Shown piece after piece: positions 53,144-63,662 of a DNA stretch of 64,000 nt (position 1 is its first letter; the number at the start of each line of letters is the position of its first letter). This stretch comes from Trypanosoma brucei (taxonomy: Eukaryota), in NCBI GenBank assembly GCA_000002445.1, contig CH464491.1, forward strand, positions 32,001 through 96,000. Direction: 5' to 3'. The notes beneath the pieces are model-generated. The model saw nothing but the letters and a program-made list of their open reading frames with translations, was not told the DNA's origin and did not search any database. A program made the translations under genes and the position numbers.

Positions 53144-55753
53144 TTATTGTGGCGCTTTCGAAGTGGTCCCCTTTACAGCCTTTAGTTTTTCCAACATCTT
53201 AACCAAGACACCTTTTTCCTTGCGGTAAACCTTGCTTGAAAGATCCTTCTGGGCATAGTGTTCAAGTAACGGCACATTTTCAAGTGCGTATGTGTAAGTA
53301 ATACCAAGTGAAGTGAGGAGTGAGTTTTCCTCCTCCGTGAGGACAAAGGGATTCCTGTCTCCTTCTGCTTTCCACCCATTGTCTGTGCGGCTTCTTTGTG
53401 TGCGTGCGTAAGTGGCTCCCTGAATACCACGGCGGCTGAGTGCTGAGACAGCGGCTGTTTGAGGATGAACTCCTCCGGGTGACACACTTCGACGGCGCTT
53501 CCGCTCTGCCGGCGCCACGGTTTCGTTTCGTTTTTCAAACACCGGTTTAATGGGCAAAGATCGATTTAAAATCTCCACAGTGCCCTCTTCATAAAATCTC
53601 TTGGCATCAGATACGGTGGGAAACTGACAGAAGATACCGCTCTTGCTAACATTCAGTTTTATGGGGTAGTTACGAAATGGTAACTGCCGCTCAAGTTGAG
53701 TTCGGTCTAATCCTTCCCGATCACTTCCGAGGGCTTCCGTTGGAATAAAGCACTTTTCGAAGGGTTGGTCCAATGCTGCGATCTCCTCAGTCGCCTCCGC
53801 AACGTTTGCGGTGTCACCCGCGTCACCGGCCACCTGTCGACTGGTGGATTCTTTTTGATCATTACCTACCGAGTTCTCAGCTGTCGCCACACCTTCTCCG
53901 GACGGCACTGGGTCTTGTTTCAAAGGAATATCTGGCACTGCCGACGGTGGGGGGCTGCGTGGCGCCTCTACCTCTTTTGCCCATTCTGCTGGGCCCAATG
54001 CGCGCATTAGAAAAGGAAGAGCAGGGGTAGCCGATTCCTTGGAACCTTCATTCGCTGCTGCAGAGGCGGTGGTTGGTTGAGGTGCTGGCGGTGGTGGTGG
54101 TGGCGGCTGTACTGAAGGAGCCACCTCAACCTCTGTGTTCGTCCCAAAGGTTACAGTTATGGAGACGGTGGTTTGAGTGCCTGCATCACTGCCAAGAAGG
54201 GCCCGCCTACGTTGCACCGCATCTTTCCACGCCTCACAAAATCGATTCGCAACAAATGTGAGGTGCTTATCCATTTCATCACTGAAAGCCTCCGTGTAAA
54301 TATTAGTTTGCGATAGGAGGAAGTCGCCGTCCTTTTCCTCCATGCAGAGAACACCACCCCACTGCCTTTGCATAACTTCCGCCAGCCCACCCTCATCTGC
54401 TGAATTCAACTGAAGAGGTTCGAAACCGCTCCGTTCAGCAAAGGTATTAAAACTGGACAAGAGCAGAGGTTCGGCATCGGATGTGGGAAGGATTGTAGCC
54501 AGCAGCAACCCCGTGATATTCCAATCAGAACCATCCTTACTGGTGTGTGAAACCTGTGGGGGGTACATAAACAGTCCTTCCGCGCAGTCCTTCAGCCACT
54601 GGGTGGTGACCGTGGTTACGGTTTCTCCATCCGCTTCCTCTAGTCCGCCTGGAGCGTCATCCTCATCATCTTCTGAAAAGGTACCAGGAGGAATCATTGT
54701 TACAGGGTCCTCATCATCCGCATTCTCCTCGTTCCACACCCCCTCGTCTCCACATTCGACCATTGCGGTCGCAGCGTTACCCGCGCTGTAACTGAACTCG
54801 TCCTTTATGCTGTCATCGCTTTCATCAACTTCGTTCTTCACTAGTGACACGGAATCGGTATCAACCTTAGCCGACTTCGGTTCTGCAGAACGTCCCTCTG
54901 CAGAAGTAGGTAATACTGAGCATTCTTTCACTGCTTTTGCGGCACAACCCCCTGGGGGCAGATTCGAAATATCACCGGGTAAATTGGGAAGAGAACCCGA
55001 AACCACACAGTGAGTTGCGTCTTCACGCCTTGTCACAATGTAACCACCGTGCTCATTGATTGATAGCGCTACGGTGGCATCCTCGCTAACCACTGGTTCG
55101 AGAAAAAATCGACAGTGGGAAAACAAGCGTGACCGGCAAAGTGTGGCACACGAAGAAATCGGGACGTGTGGAAGCCGTACTTGCCACTCCGCCAGACGCA
55201 AACAGGAAGAAAGGGCTCTCAATAGTGCAAGCGAGTGTGGCACCTGATTTACCCCATGCTTCACCTCCACAAGCTGCGGATACATGGATGGGCTCCAGTC
55301 AGCGCGCGAAGTTGCCACAATCACTGAAGTACTGTACTCATCCGCACTGCACCCGATGCATGCAAGGTGTAGTTTGTCTCTCCCTGGTTCAGGATGAATG
55401 GACCGAATTTCGTCGAAGGCCGTCCACCCAAATAAGCTCAAAAGCTTCTTAGTCTTCGCTCGTTTCCACGGTGCAATCACAACAACAGTGCTACCAGCCA
55501 GTTTCAGGGTCTCCAAGAAGAGTGACGAGGTGGGGTAGGATGTTATTGGTCGATATTCCCCATCCACAAGGAGGTACCGCTGCTCAGGTTGACCCGGTCG
55601 TCCTTCCAGATGGCTCGAATCCACAGGTTGGAATGTCAAAAGGGTGTCGGCACAAACAAAAAAACGCAATCTCTTCCACGATGCACCGCTCCCACCGTCA
55701 ACGTCGGTCATCCTATGTATAAACTTCGCGAAGTGGCAGAGGCGGGCAACCAC
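53144..55753 (-). CDS. Hypothetical protein (869 aa) with Pro/Gly/acidic low-complexity linkers and a possible RRM-like segment near the C-terminus.
   Basis: A long co-oriented ORF. The segment PIKLNVSKSGIFCQFPTVSDAKRFYEEG is weakly RRM-like. There is a PPPPPPAPQP linker. Confidence 0.5.
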   Translation of the reverse strand: MVARLCHFAKFIHRMTDVDGGSGASWKRLRFFVCADTLLTFQPVDSSHLEGRPGQPEQRYLLVDGEYRPITSYPTSSLFLETLKLAGSTVVVIAPWKRAKTKKLLSLFGWTAFDEIRSIHPEPGRDKLHLACIGCSADEYSTSVIVATSRADWSPSMYPQLVEVKHGVNQVPHSLALLRALSSCLRLAEWQVRLPHVPISSCATLCRSRLFSHCRFFLEPVVSEDATVALSINEHGGYIVTRREDATHCVVSGSLPNLPGDISNLPPGGCAAKAVKECSVLPTSAEGRSAEPKSAKVDTDSVSLVKNEVDESDDSIKDEFSYSAGNAATAMVECGDEGVWNEENADDEDPVTMIPPGTFSEDDEDDAPGGLEEADGETVTTVTTQWLKDCAEGLFMYPPQVSHTSKDGSDWNITGLLLATILPTSDAEPLLLSSFNTFAERSGFEPLQLNSADEGGLAEVMQRQWGGVLCMEEKDGDFLLSQTNIYTEAFSDEMDKHLTFVANRFCEAWKDAVQRRRALLGSDAGTQTTVSITVTFGTNTEVEVAPSVQPPPPPPPAPQPTTASAAANEGSKESATPALPFLMRALGPAEWAKEVEAPRSPPPSAVPDIPLKQDPVPSGEGVATAENSVGNDQKESTSRQVAGDAGDTANVAEATEEIAALDQPFEKCFIPTEALGSDREGLDRTQLERQLPFRNYPIKLNVSKSGIFCQFPTVSDAKRFYEEGTVEILNRSLPIKPVFEKRNETVAPAERKRRRSVSPGGVHPQTAAVSALSRRGIQGATYARTQRSRTDNGWKAEGDRNPFVLTEEENSLLTSLGITYTYALENVPLLEHYAQKDLSSKVYRKEKGVLVKMLEKLKAVKGTTSKAPQ

Positions 55754-56127
55754 TTAATCCTACAAAAGAACTGAAAATAGAAAGAGTAAAACGTAAATTG
55801 GAATGTGGAATATGGAATGTGAAATGTACGAGAAACGAGTTGAGGCGAAATGACCCTAGGCGAAGAACTTAACAACAACCGTAAATGAACTATGAGTAGT
55901 TTCAGAAGTGTTACGCAACTTCTTCATTCGCACATTCAGAAACAGGTAGCCCGCAGTACCCTCTTTATGTCGTACCAACACACAATAGGCCCAACTATTG
56001 TAAACCTCCTAACAGCTTACGACCCACTCACATAGGAAATAGGGGGAAAAAATAACAAATGGTGATGTGCACAAGAAAAACTGAAATTTTTTCTAAAAAA
56101 TAGACGACAACGAAAGTTAGCGATCTC

Positions 56128-56682
56128 TCAAGCACAACGGACTCCTAATCGCTCCATACCGCGCGCGACAACGTTAAGGTGAAGGCGTACAGACCCACTG
56201 CTTATTGTCCGTAATTTGAACCTTTCATCGTTAGTATGAATCATCGTTTTGTCGCAGAGCACCGGTCCACCACCCATTACCGCCTCCCTTAAGTTCTCAT
56301 ACAATCGAATGAAGAAATTCGGGTTCCAAAAGCACGGTTTCCAGGTCTCTACATTTACCTCCTGCTCCTCACCACCAGGTGGTGGCACAAACGCGACACC
56401 ATAACCCGCCAGATCCTTCCTTCCATAGCCGTCTACAGACCACACTTGCATTGAAATCTTTGGCCAACCTTCAACACTGCCCATTGTGTAATGAACATCA
56501 ATGGGGAAGCACCACGCAATGCCTCCACATGAATCGCTCTCCATGATGTGCGTGCAGCCACTTGTGTGACCCTCTACTACCCTCCAGTGCTCACCAGTAA
56601 CAATCTCAAAAGCACAAAAATAAGACTTCCCACCAAAGTCTTCACCGAACGCTAAATCTCCAATAACATGAAGCTCTGCCAT
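56128..56682 (-). CDS. B9D2: B9 domain-containing protein 2 (ciliary transition-zone protein).
   Basis: MAELHVIGDLAFGEDF...YFCAF...WCFPIDVHYTMGSVEGWPKISMQVWSVDGYGRKDLAGYGVAFVP...GGGPVL is collinear with human B9D2 (MAEVHVIGQIIGASGF...[42 protein letters not shown]...GGGPQL). The ORF in the track starts 19 codons earlier, at 56739, in spacer sequence. Confidence 0.85.
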   Translation of the reverse strand: MAELHVIGDLAFGEDFGGKSYFCAFEIVTGEHWRVVEGHTSGCTHIMESDSCGGIAWCFPIDVHYTMGSVEGWPKISMQVWSVDGYGRKDLAGYGVAFVPPPGGEEQEVNVETWKPCFWNPNFFIRLYENLREAVMGGGPVLCDKTMIHTNDERFKLRTISSGSVRLHLNVVARGMERLGVRCA

Positions 56683-57216
56683 GCCCAGGAACACTAACAA
56701 CCACAAAGAGTCTGAAGTCAAATATGCGTAAACGACCAAACGAACACTTCAAAAAAAAAACACGAAAGGAAAGAAGGAAAAAAGGTGAAAATACGCAATA
56801 AAGAAATGCACAGGAGACATACAAACGACTGCATGCGTTTATTATCTTCATTTGTCTCTCCTTTACGAGATTGAATTTGAGGGAGCCGGTATTTAAACAA
56901 CTGCACGTTACCGCAGAATGTACACAACTGAATTTTCTGGATCACCCGCGCTGGCCACTGTAACGTTCCTCCGTCGCAACGACTCGTTTTCCAAACCAAC
57001 AACTATCAAATCACCAAAAGGTAAACTTTTTAGCTAAATAAACACAATAACACGTCCGTACAATGATACGATGGTAAAGAGGGAGAGTAAATAACCCAAA
57101 TACACATATACAAGGGGAAACCAAATAGATACAGGTAAAGAATTTTAAAAAAATTTAAAACATGAGCCACTTCAATCAAAAGGCTCCAGTAAAGAAGCGG
57201 TAGGAGCGGGAAATTG

Positions 57217-59814
57217 CTAAGCAATGGTTGCAGTATCGCCCTCTTCACCAAAAATGACAAGAGGGAACAGAGGTTCCGGATCCTCCACATCCAAAAACCT
57301 AAACGCCGTACCGAGGGAACGTCCATTAAGTGAGAAACTAAGTTCCTTGCAGTTAAAGTCAAGACAGACGGTAATTTGGGACCCGGAAGCGTATGAGCAA
57401 CCGTACGGCACCCCGCTCGCATCATTCACGCTTGCAGCTATTGTTCCATTAGAGCGAAAGAGATAAGCTGGTGCCAAAGCGCGGCGTAGTCCGAAATATT
57501 TTGTTGTCACCCCGACAGCAAAAGTTTTGTCTGATGCGTTAGTTAATGAACGTGAAGCGCCGACACGAACATTAAAAAGCAATTTGCCCTCCGTTACTCC
57601 AACGGCTCCGAGAGCAAACATGGGAATTGTCACCACTGGAGGGCGGGTGCCCCGACGCCTCGTTTCTGCATTTATCAACTCCCGGGCTCTCGAAGCGTCA
57701 CCTAAACAAATGTTTCCCCTATTCGACACAACGACATTGCCGCTCCGTACGGTGTCCCAGTAGTGCACAGGTTTTAGGAGCGAAGAATTTAACTCGAATT
57801 CAGGTGACTGAGGAGAGGACAACTCAAAGGGGGCCTCGCGGCTACCATGATAGGAAACAGAATTTGTAACAGATAAACCGCCGTCGCTTGATTGCTCCAC
57901 GCTTTGATCCACCTGAGCACAACCCACCATGTTATCATCCTCATCTGTTAAAGTATTGACAGGTAATCCAAACTTTCTCACTGGTACACGTGAAAGGTTT
58001 GTTTCAGCCCCACTCGCTACATGCAGTGAAGGGGGTAAGTCAGTACAGGGGAAAAGATCACGAAGCTCTGCTTGGGGGGCCGCCCACTGACAGTCGGTCG
58101 AAAGACAACCGAGATGGCCACTGAATTCGGCAGAGAAACTGCCCCGTATAGGATTAATGGGTTTTTGCTCTTTACAACTGATCTCAGAATCAATTGATGG
58201 ATCTAACGGTTCAAACTCGCAACTCCCTTGCTGAACGGTTAGTCCATGCGCATCATAAGACTTCTTCAGCACATCTGAATGCACCAGCCGAACACCGGTT
58301 TCCGCCTTCACGGTGCCTCTCATGACAGGTTCACGGGGCTTTGACTCTCCACCCCTTTCCGCTGAGGTTACTACCTTCCGGTGACGCTCCGGATATGAAC
58401 CCCTAAATTGTGGAGCGCACATCCCACGTTCCTGCAAGGAAACAACCGTAGAGGGCAAGGGATTGCAAAGTCCATCGCTGCACACACCGAGGGAAGTGAG
58501 TATCTCCTGGTATAGTGAACTTGGAAATCGCTCGCGCGTGTGGATGTCATCCAAGTTTGGCGTTATGAGATATGTATCGCAGGAAGCATTCACATCGCCT
58601 TTATCACTTTCATTTGGAGCAGGATATTCAATGCTTTCCGATAAAGATAAGGTATATTGCGTGTCCCTGGCAGATTGGTATTCAGCAGGCCTACTGGACG
58701 TACCTCGGTGGTACCATTCCGTTTCTCCCTGCGACTCCCCTGCACCCGTCACCGGTGGCACCTCACCGTCGTCACATAAGTACATGTGAAACGAAACAGA
58801 GTCGTCGGAGCATTCACTATCTTTCCTCCCACTCTCACACACTTTTAAGGCACTACCTTTGAAAGGACCTCCCGCCACCACAACAAAAGCTTCATGCGCA
58901 CTTCTGGGCTCGGCTCCTCCAAACACTGCTTCATCCAATAATAGCTGCACGGTGTCCACCAACTCTCGACGCGCAGAGTCCTGGTCATCCTCAGTATCAG
59001 ACCTGATTGCATTCTCTTGGGAAATGAGTTGAGATACGGTACCATTTTCCGGAAGCGGCACTCCGTCATCAAGCGACGCAGTACCCAACTTTAGCGATTG
59101 GGAATCTGCACGCCGTGTTGACTGGCTCAACCCTTTTACGTCTAACCCAACAGACGGGCACCGGGGTGGTGGAGTAACTGTCACTTCAGCAACCACAGTG
59201 TTCAGGAGGGCCAAACGAGGTTCGATGGGAAGCGGCTCAGCGTCGAGCAACTTAAGACCTTCATCGTCGCAGCCTTGAGAGCGGTCAACTTCCATTGCAG
59301 CGCCACGGCGCTCATCCTTCATGGGAAATTCACTGGGGGGCGATATAACATCCTCAGTTATCTTTATTGCTCTAACATCACCGCGGCCACGACTCAAAGA
59401 AAAATCGTGGACAGCAGTAAAATCCTGCCGAATAGCTCTCACTTTGGATATGTACCTGCTTTCCGGTGCTTTGTTACGAGCATCTAAACTGACCTCATTA
59501 TCACCACACTTCACAGGGAGAAAACCAGCCCTCCGGCTACTTCCATTTGCACTGCGTGAGAAAGGGGTCAGTTTGCAATAACATGTTTTCTGTTTACCTT
59601 CTTTCTTACAGTTACGGTTAATAATGCTATTAGAATGCCGACTCCGCGCAAACTTTGCCCTCATTTGATGACTCTGTCCAAACCCCTGGTCGCTCGACTC
59701 TGGTCTTTCTGCTGTTAATGGCATCGATGCGGCCCCTGATGCACGTCTTCCACCCATCTTAAGCGGAAGCGGGTCCTTTCCACCGAAGTTGGTGTCGCAG
59801 GGTAAACTACCCAT
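57217..59814 (-). CDS. SPRY domain-containing protein (865 aa).
   Basis: The C-terminal ~150 aa show a SPRY/B30.2 pattern: FAVGVTTKYF...GSQITVCLDFNCKELSFSLNGRSLGTAF...LFPLVIFGEEGDTATI. The N-terminal region is long, Ser-rich and apparently unstructured. Confidence 0.65.
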   Translation of the reverse strand: MGSLPCDTNFGGKDPLPLKMGGRRASGAASMPLTAERPESSDQGFGQSHQMRAKFARSRHSNSIINRNCKKEGKQKTCYCKLTPFSRSANGSSRRAGFLPVKCGDNEVSLDARNKAPESRYISKVRAIRQDFTAVHDFSLSRGRGDVRAIKITEDVISPPSEFPMKDERRGAAMEVDRSQGCDDEGLKLLDAEPLPIEPRLALLNTVVAEVTVTPPPRCPSVGLDVKGLSQSTRRADSQSLKLGTASLDDGVPLPENGTVSQLISQENAIRSDTEDDQDSARRELVDTVQLLLDEAVFGGAEPRSAHEAFVVVAGGPFKGSALKVCESGRKDSECSDDSVSFHMYLCDDGEVPPVTGAGESQGETEWYHRGTSSRPAEYQSARDTQYTLSLSESIEYPAPNESDKGDVNASCDTYLITPNLDDIHTRERFPSSLYQEILTSLGVCSDGLCNPLPSTVVSLQERGMCAPQFRGSYPERHRKVVTSAERGGESKPREPVMRGTVKAETGVRLVHSDVLKKSYDAHGLTVQQGSCEFEPLDPSIDSEISCKEQKPINPIRGSFSAEFSGHLGCLSTDCQWAAPQAELRDLFPCTDLPPSLHVASGAETNLSRVPVRKFGLPVNTLTDEDDNMVGCAQVDQSVEQSSDGGLSVTNSVSYHGSREAPFELSSPQSPEFELNSSLLKPVHYWDTVRSGNVVVSNRGNICLGDASRARELINAETRRRGTRPPVVTIPMFALGAVGVTEGKLLFNVRVGASRSLTNASDKTFAVGVTTKYFGLRRALAPAYLFRSNGTIAASVNDASGVPYGCSYASGSQITVCLDFNCKELSFSLNGRSLGTAFRFLDVEDPEPLFPLVIFGEEGDTATIA

Positions 59815-60201
59815 TGTAACGCACCGCCAGCAATAACAACGATAATCACTACACTGCTAGCACGGAAACAATCGCTCTTGTAATTCCCTTCGGCCTCTCC
59901 TTTCCTTCTTTTTAACTTTCGTCAAAGTTTTTCAGCAATTTTGTGGGGTCTACAAAAGTGTAAACGTAAAGAAGGGAAAAAACAAACAGTACAAAGCACT
60001 CGGAATAATAGAGATTTAACACGTCGCGTAGCTTCCCCTCCAACGTTTAGTATTGTGTGGAAACGCAAACAAGTAGAAATGGAACGATGATATCAACGTT
60101 ACTGCGTATAACTGCGTGTGGTCATTCAACAAGAACGATACGTCACGGCCCCTTTTTCTTTCTGTCAAAAATCCACAATCCACGTTGAGAGGCCTCCAGC
60201 T

Positions 60202-61836
60202 CTACACATTAACACCCGTACTAATGGGCGGGGGCGCCAGAAGTCCCTCCCGACGAGACATGCCCCGCACCTTTTGCTCAATCAGAGCTCGGGCTGGGTG
60301 TGTTGCCACCATCAACTCCACACCTTGATTGAGCGCCACGTTGAGTATCTGGCGGTTGGACGAGATAACAATAGCCCTGAGGGCATCACCAAGCCCAAAC
60401 ACAAGCAAATTGCGCTGCGACACTTTGCTCGTTGACGCCAACAACGAGACGTGAGTAATGGGGGAGTCACACAATTCTACGTATTGACTGCTCGCATGAA
60501 CAACAGAACAGCACTGCAACAACGAAAGTGCGCGGCGTAACTCCCGTGGTCCAGCGATGGTCTCCAAGATCCACCGGAACTCCGCCAATGTAACATCAGC
60601 AACAATCCAATTGAGGCAGTTGTTCTGGTCCCCTATTTCCCGTCTCTTTGCTTGATCTTCGCGCATCCTCCGAACTACCACACTTTCGCTCAACGGCTCA
60701 CGAGGTGACTCCCCATCAGCAGTTAAATCGACCAGCTTTTGGAGCCAAGAAACTTCAACGCTAACCACAGACGGATTGTCCACGGAGCACCGGCCGTTCT
60801 TTTGTATATGCCCCCGAAGCTCCTTCTCCATGACGTGTACATCGAGCCAGCGGCTGTATTGGTTGAGGATGGGTTCGATGTGTGAGCGCACGCACGGATC
60901 GCTTTTGTCGCGCCGCTGTTGCTCTGCCAAGACACGAAACCCACGAAGTGCTGCAACATTCGACTCCACCGACTCCGCAAAACACGCCTCTGAACAAAGA
61001 GCCACTAACGCCGTTGTGTCAAAACATACATACTTGGGTAACGATACACGTGGTGGAAGAAAATCATCACGCCTCCACAGAGCTTGAAGGGGTCCGCCAG
61101 CAGCTCTGACTTTCAGCTCTGCAATACTAACGGGGCGCGCGCCCATGCTGCGAACTGCATCCGCCATCGTGGCTGGAGGAATGCAGCTAAATAAAACAAC
61201 GACTTCCGGTACTTGCATGAAGGGAAGTTTACTCTCTTTCGCAGCCAAGAGCAGACGAGTAATGGGGTTTTCCCACCCACTTTTGTTCGCCTCATTCTGC
61301 AGACTGTACGTCGAGGCCGCTCGCACCTTCACCCAACGCAAACCACCACACGAAACAAGGTCCACAGGCACCGTTTCCCACCCTCCACTGCTTACTGCGA
61401 CTCGAAACGAAGCACATACCTTCGTCACATTCGGTTCGTTTTCCAGTGCCGTCACCAATGTTTCAAGATAACGCATATCAACCTGATGAGTGGCAGGATT
61501 ATTCAGCGCATTTTCGGCGTGATGTTGGGGTGTCTCCTTCAAAAACTCCTCAACCATAAGCAACCCCTTCTCAATGCGATGCCGCAGCCGTGACAAGTTA
61601 TTTACGGACGCGTATCGCTCACTATTGCCCTCCAGCCTGTCGCGAAGCTTTGTTAACTCCCTCAACAGCTTCTCGTGTGAAGAAACCCCGTCACTAACAT
61701 CACTACTGCCGCAATGAGTTCGACTGATTGAAGTACTCCCACTGCTGCTGAAGTGGCCGCTGAGGTTCAACGATGTGTGATCGCCGTCAGCGCCAAAAGC
61801 ATCCTCGTCAATTGACTGCCATTCATAAATATTCAT
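60202..61836 (-). CDS. Conserved hypothetical protein (544 aa).
   Basis: A long co-oriented ORF. No family recognised. Confidence 0.5.
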   Translation of the reverse strand: MNIYEWQSIDEDAFGADGDHTSLNLSGHFSSSGSTSISRTHCGSSDVSDGVSSHEKLLRELTKLRDRLEGNSERYASVNNLSRLRHRIEKGLLMVEEFLKETPQHHAENALNNPATHQVDMRYLETLVTALENEPNVTKVCASFRVAVSSGGWETVPVDLVSCGGLRWVKVRAASTYSLQNEANKSGWENPITRLLLAAKESKLPFMQVPEVVVLFSCIPPATMADAVRSMGARPVSIAELKVRAAGGPLQALWRRDDFLPPRVSLPKYVCFDTTALVALCSEACFAESVESNVAALRGFRVLAEQQRRDKSDPCVRSHIEPILNQYSRWLDVHVMEKELRGHIQKNGRCSVDNPSVVSVEVSWLQKLVDLTADGESPREPLSESVVVRRMREDQAKRREIGDQNNCLNWIVADVTLAEFRWILETIAGPRELRRALSLLQCCSVVHASSQYVELCDSPITHVSLLASTSKVSQRNLLVFGLGDALRAIVISSNRQILNVALNQGVELMVATHPARALIEQKVRGMSRREGLLAPPPISTGVNV

Positions 61837-62165
61837 ATTGCTTACGATACAGTTCGCCTCTCGGTGTAGTATTATATGTGTGTGACCTGCAGACGCCTTT
61901 CAAACCCCAAAGTGAGAAAGCGGCACCCACACAAATTCAAAACTTCCCAACTTTGTGAAGTGTGAAGTGAAGGGATGATACTTTTAAAACGAAAACGGCA
62001 AGGGTGCAAAGGGCAAGTAAAACGGATAAGAAGTGTCTAATGGAAGTCAATCACCCTTTGTAATCGACCGCTGTGACGAAACTATTGGCACTGCGACCTT
62101 CAGAAACTCCCAGCTTTTAAAAGACTAATGGAGAAGCGACGTGACGGATGCTCCTGAAGCGCTCA

Positions 62166-62543
62166 TCACCGCTCGTAGCGCCACCAGTTCAGTCGCTTCT
62201 CCACTGGTGACTCGCGCAACACCTCATATTCCCTCTGTGTAATATCCACCATGCGGTGATGCGTGTAATCCTTATCGTCAGCACAACGCCCCCATAATCC
62301 CACCCGTGCCGAAGGAACATTGTTAAAATTAATCGTCACTGTTGTAATACCACACTTCGTACACATGCGGTACCTACGCTCCCGGTCGAAATCATTTCGA
62401 ATGTGCTTCTGATTTTCAAGCCTAAATATGTCTTTCATGCGTTTGTTTAATGTACAATTCGTTGGAGATCTGTTGAAGGAACCAAATTTTGTGAAGGAGT
62501 ACAGCGACCCCGGCCCAAAAACTGTACTGCGCGACATCGTCAC
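62166..62543 (-). CDS. Small hypothetical protein (125 aa) with a possible zinc-ribbon.
   Basis: A co-oriented ORF in its own spacer-bounded slot. It carries the motifs NCTLNKR...RMCTKCG. It is basic, so it may be a ribosomal- or organellar-type protein. Confidence 0.4.
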   Translation of the reverse strand: MTMSRSTVFGPGSLYSFTKFGSFNRSPTNCTLNKRMKDIFRLENQKHIRNDFDRERRYRMCTKCGITTVTINFNNVPSARVGLWGRCADDKDYTHHRMVDITQREYEVLRESPVEKRLNWWRYER

Positions 62544-63137
62544 TTCACCTTGTCACAACTCGATTCGTCGACACCGCGACAAGCAGCAAATGAGTTACCG
62601 GAAAGCAACGCGAACAGCGAATCGCTACAGCATGCAGAAAGGTTAAAAAAAAACACACACAAAGAAGCTGCATAACAAAAAAGATGCGTACAAATGTGCA
62701 GGAAATCGAAAGCAATCACCAAAACAAAAGAAATACACCGAAGAAATAACGGTAAGGGAATAATAATAATAATAGTGGTAAAGGAACAGACACGGAAAGA
62801 CCAAACCATAACATTCTGTTTCAGTTTACCCTCCCCCATTCACGGTACAGCGCGGTCGTACGGTAACACATCACGATGACCTTTTATGACTCTCTTTCGT
62901 GTTTTTCTTTCACCACTGCGGCTCGCCTCTTCAAATCAATAAATCCCCGCCTCACTGCTCACCTTCAGCGTAAGCCCAACTAAAGAACAACCATAAAATT
63001 GGGACGGAGGAAATTACGACTGGCGAAATGTAAAACAGAAAAAAAAAAGTGCTTTGAGGACACCTCCATGGCGAGGCGCGGACGCTGATGGGTACGGCCC
63101 AACGTTGTTAATTCCATGTTGCACTGACGCTTACAAA

Positions 63138-63662
63138 TCAAAGCATCATATCTCTTTTCTTTAAACGTTTAGACGACTTCTTTTCCTTCTCGCGTTCAGC
63201 ATCTCTCGCAGCCTTCTTAGCCATACGCTCTTTCGCCTTGCGATTTAGTCGCACGTTTTGCTTCAACCGTCGCTGTACGATTTGCTGCACTTCAGGATTC
63301 TCCTCCATCCACTCGTCCGCAAAAGACTTCAGTCGTCGTCGCTTGTTTCTTCCAGTTCCTGCAAAGTACCCAAATTCGACAAAACCACTTGTTCCTGTGT
63401 TATTTTTGGGAGTTTTGTGCTTCAGCTCCGGGTTAATTAAGTTTCGGTACTTCAGCAGCTCAAGTTCTTGCCGTTCTTCCGCACCCAGTTTCGACTTTTT
63501 CATACCGTACCACTGAGTTAAAGTTGAGGCACTTTCTTTGCGTTCCTTTCGAATGGCCTTCTTTCGCTGCTTAACTCCTTCAACAGCATTCATGTCACTA
63601 AAAAACTTTGGCGAGGTGGTCACAGCCTTCTCCATCATGGAGTCAATAGATTTAGACGTCAT
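63138..63662 (-). CDS. FCF2: rRNA-processing protein FCF2 (Fcf2 pre-rRNA processing domain).
   Basis: TQWYGMKKSKLGAEERQELELLKYRNLINPELKHK...SGFVEFGYFAGT matches the Fcf2 C-terminal domain pattern (WFDMP...RDLQLLKLRNVLDPKRHYKK...PKYFQVGTIVEG). The protein is lysine/arginine-rich and nucleolar-type. Confidence 0.75.
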   Translation of the reverse strand: MTSKSIDSMMEKAVTTSPKFFSDMNAVEGVKQRKKAIRKERKESASTLTQWYGMKKSKLGAEERQELELLKYRNLINPELKHKTPKNNTGTSGFVEFGYFAGTGRNKRRRLKSFADEWMEENPEVQQIVQRRLKQNVRLNRKAKERMAKKAARDAEREKEKKSSKRLKKRDMML

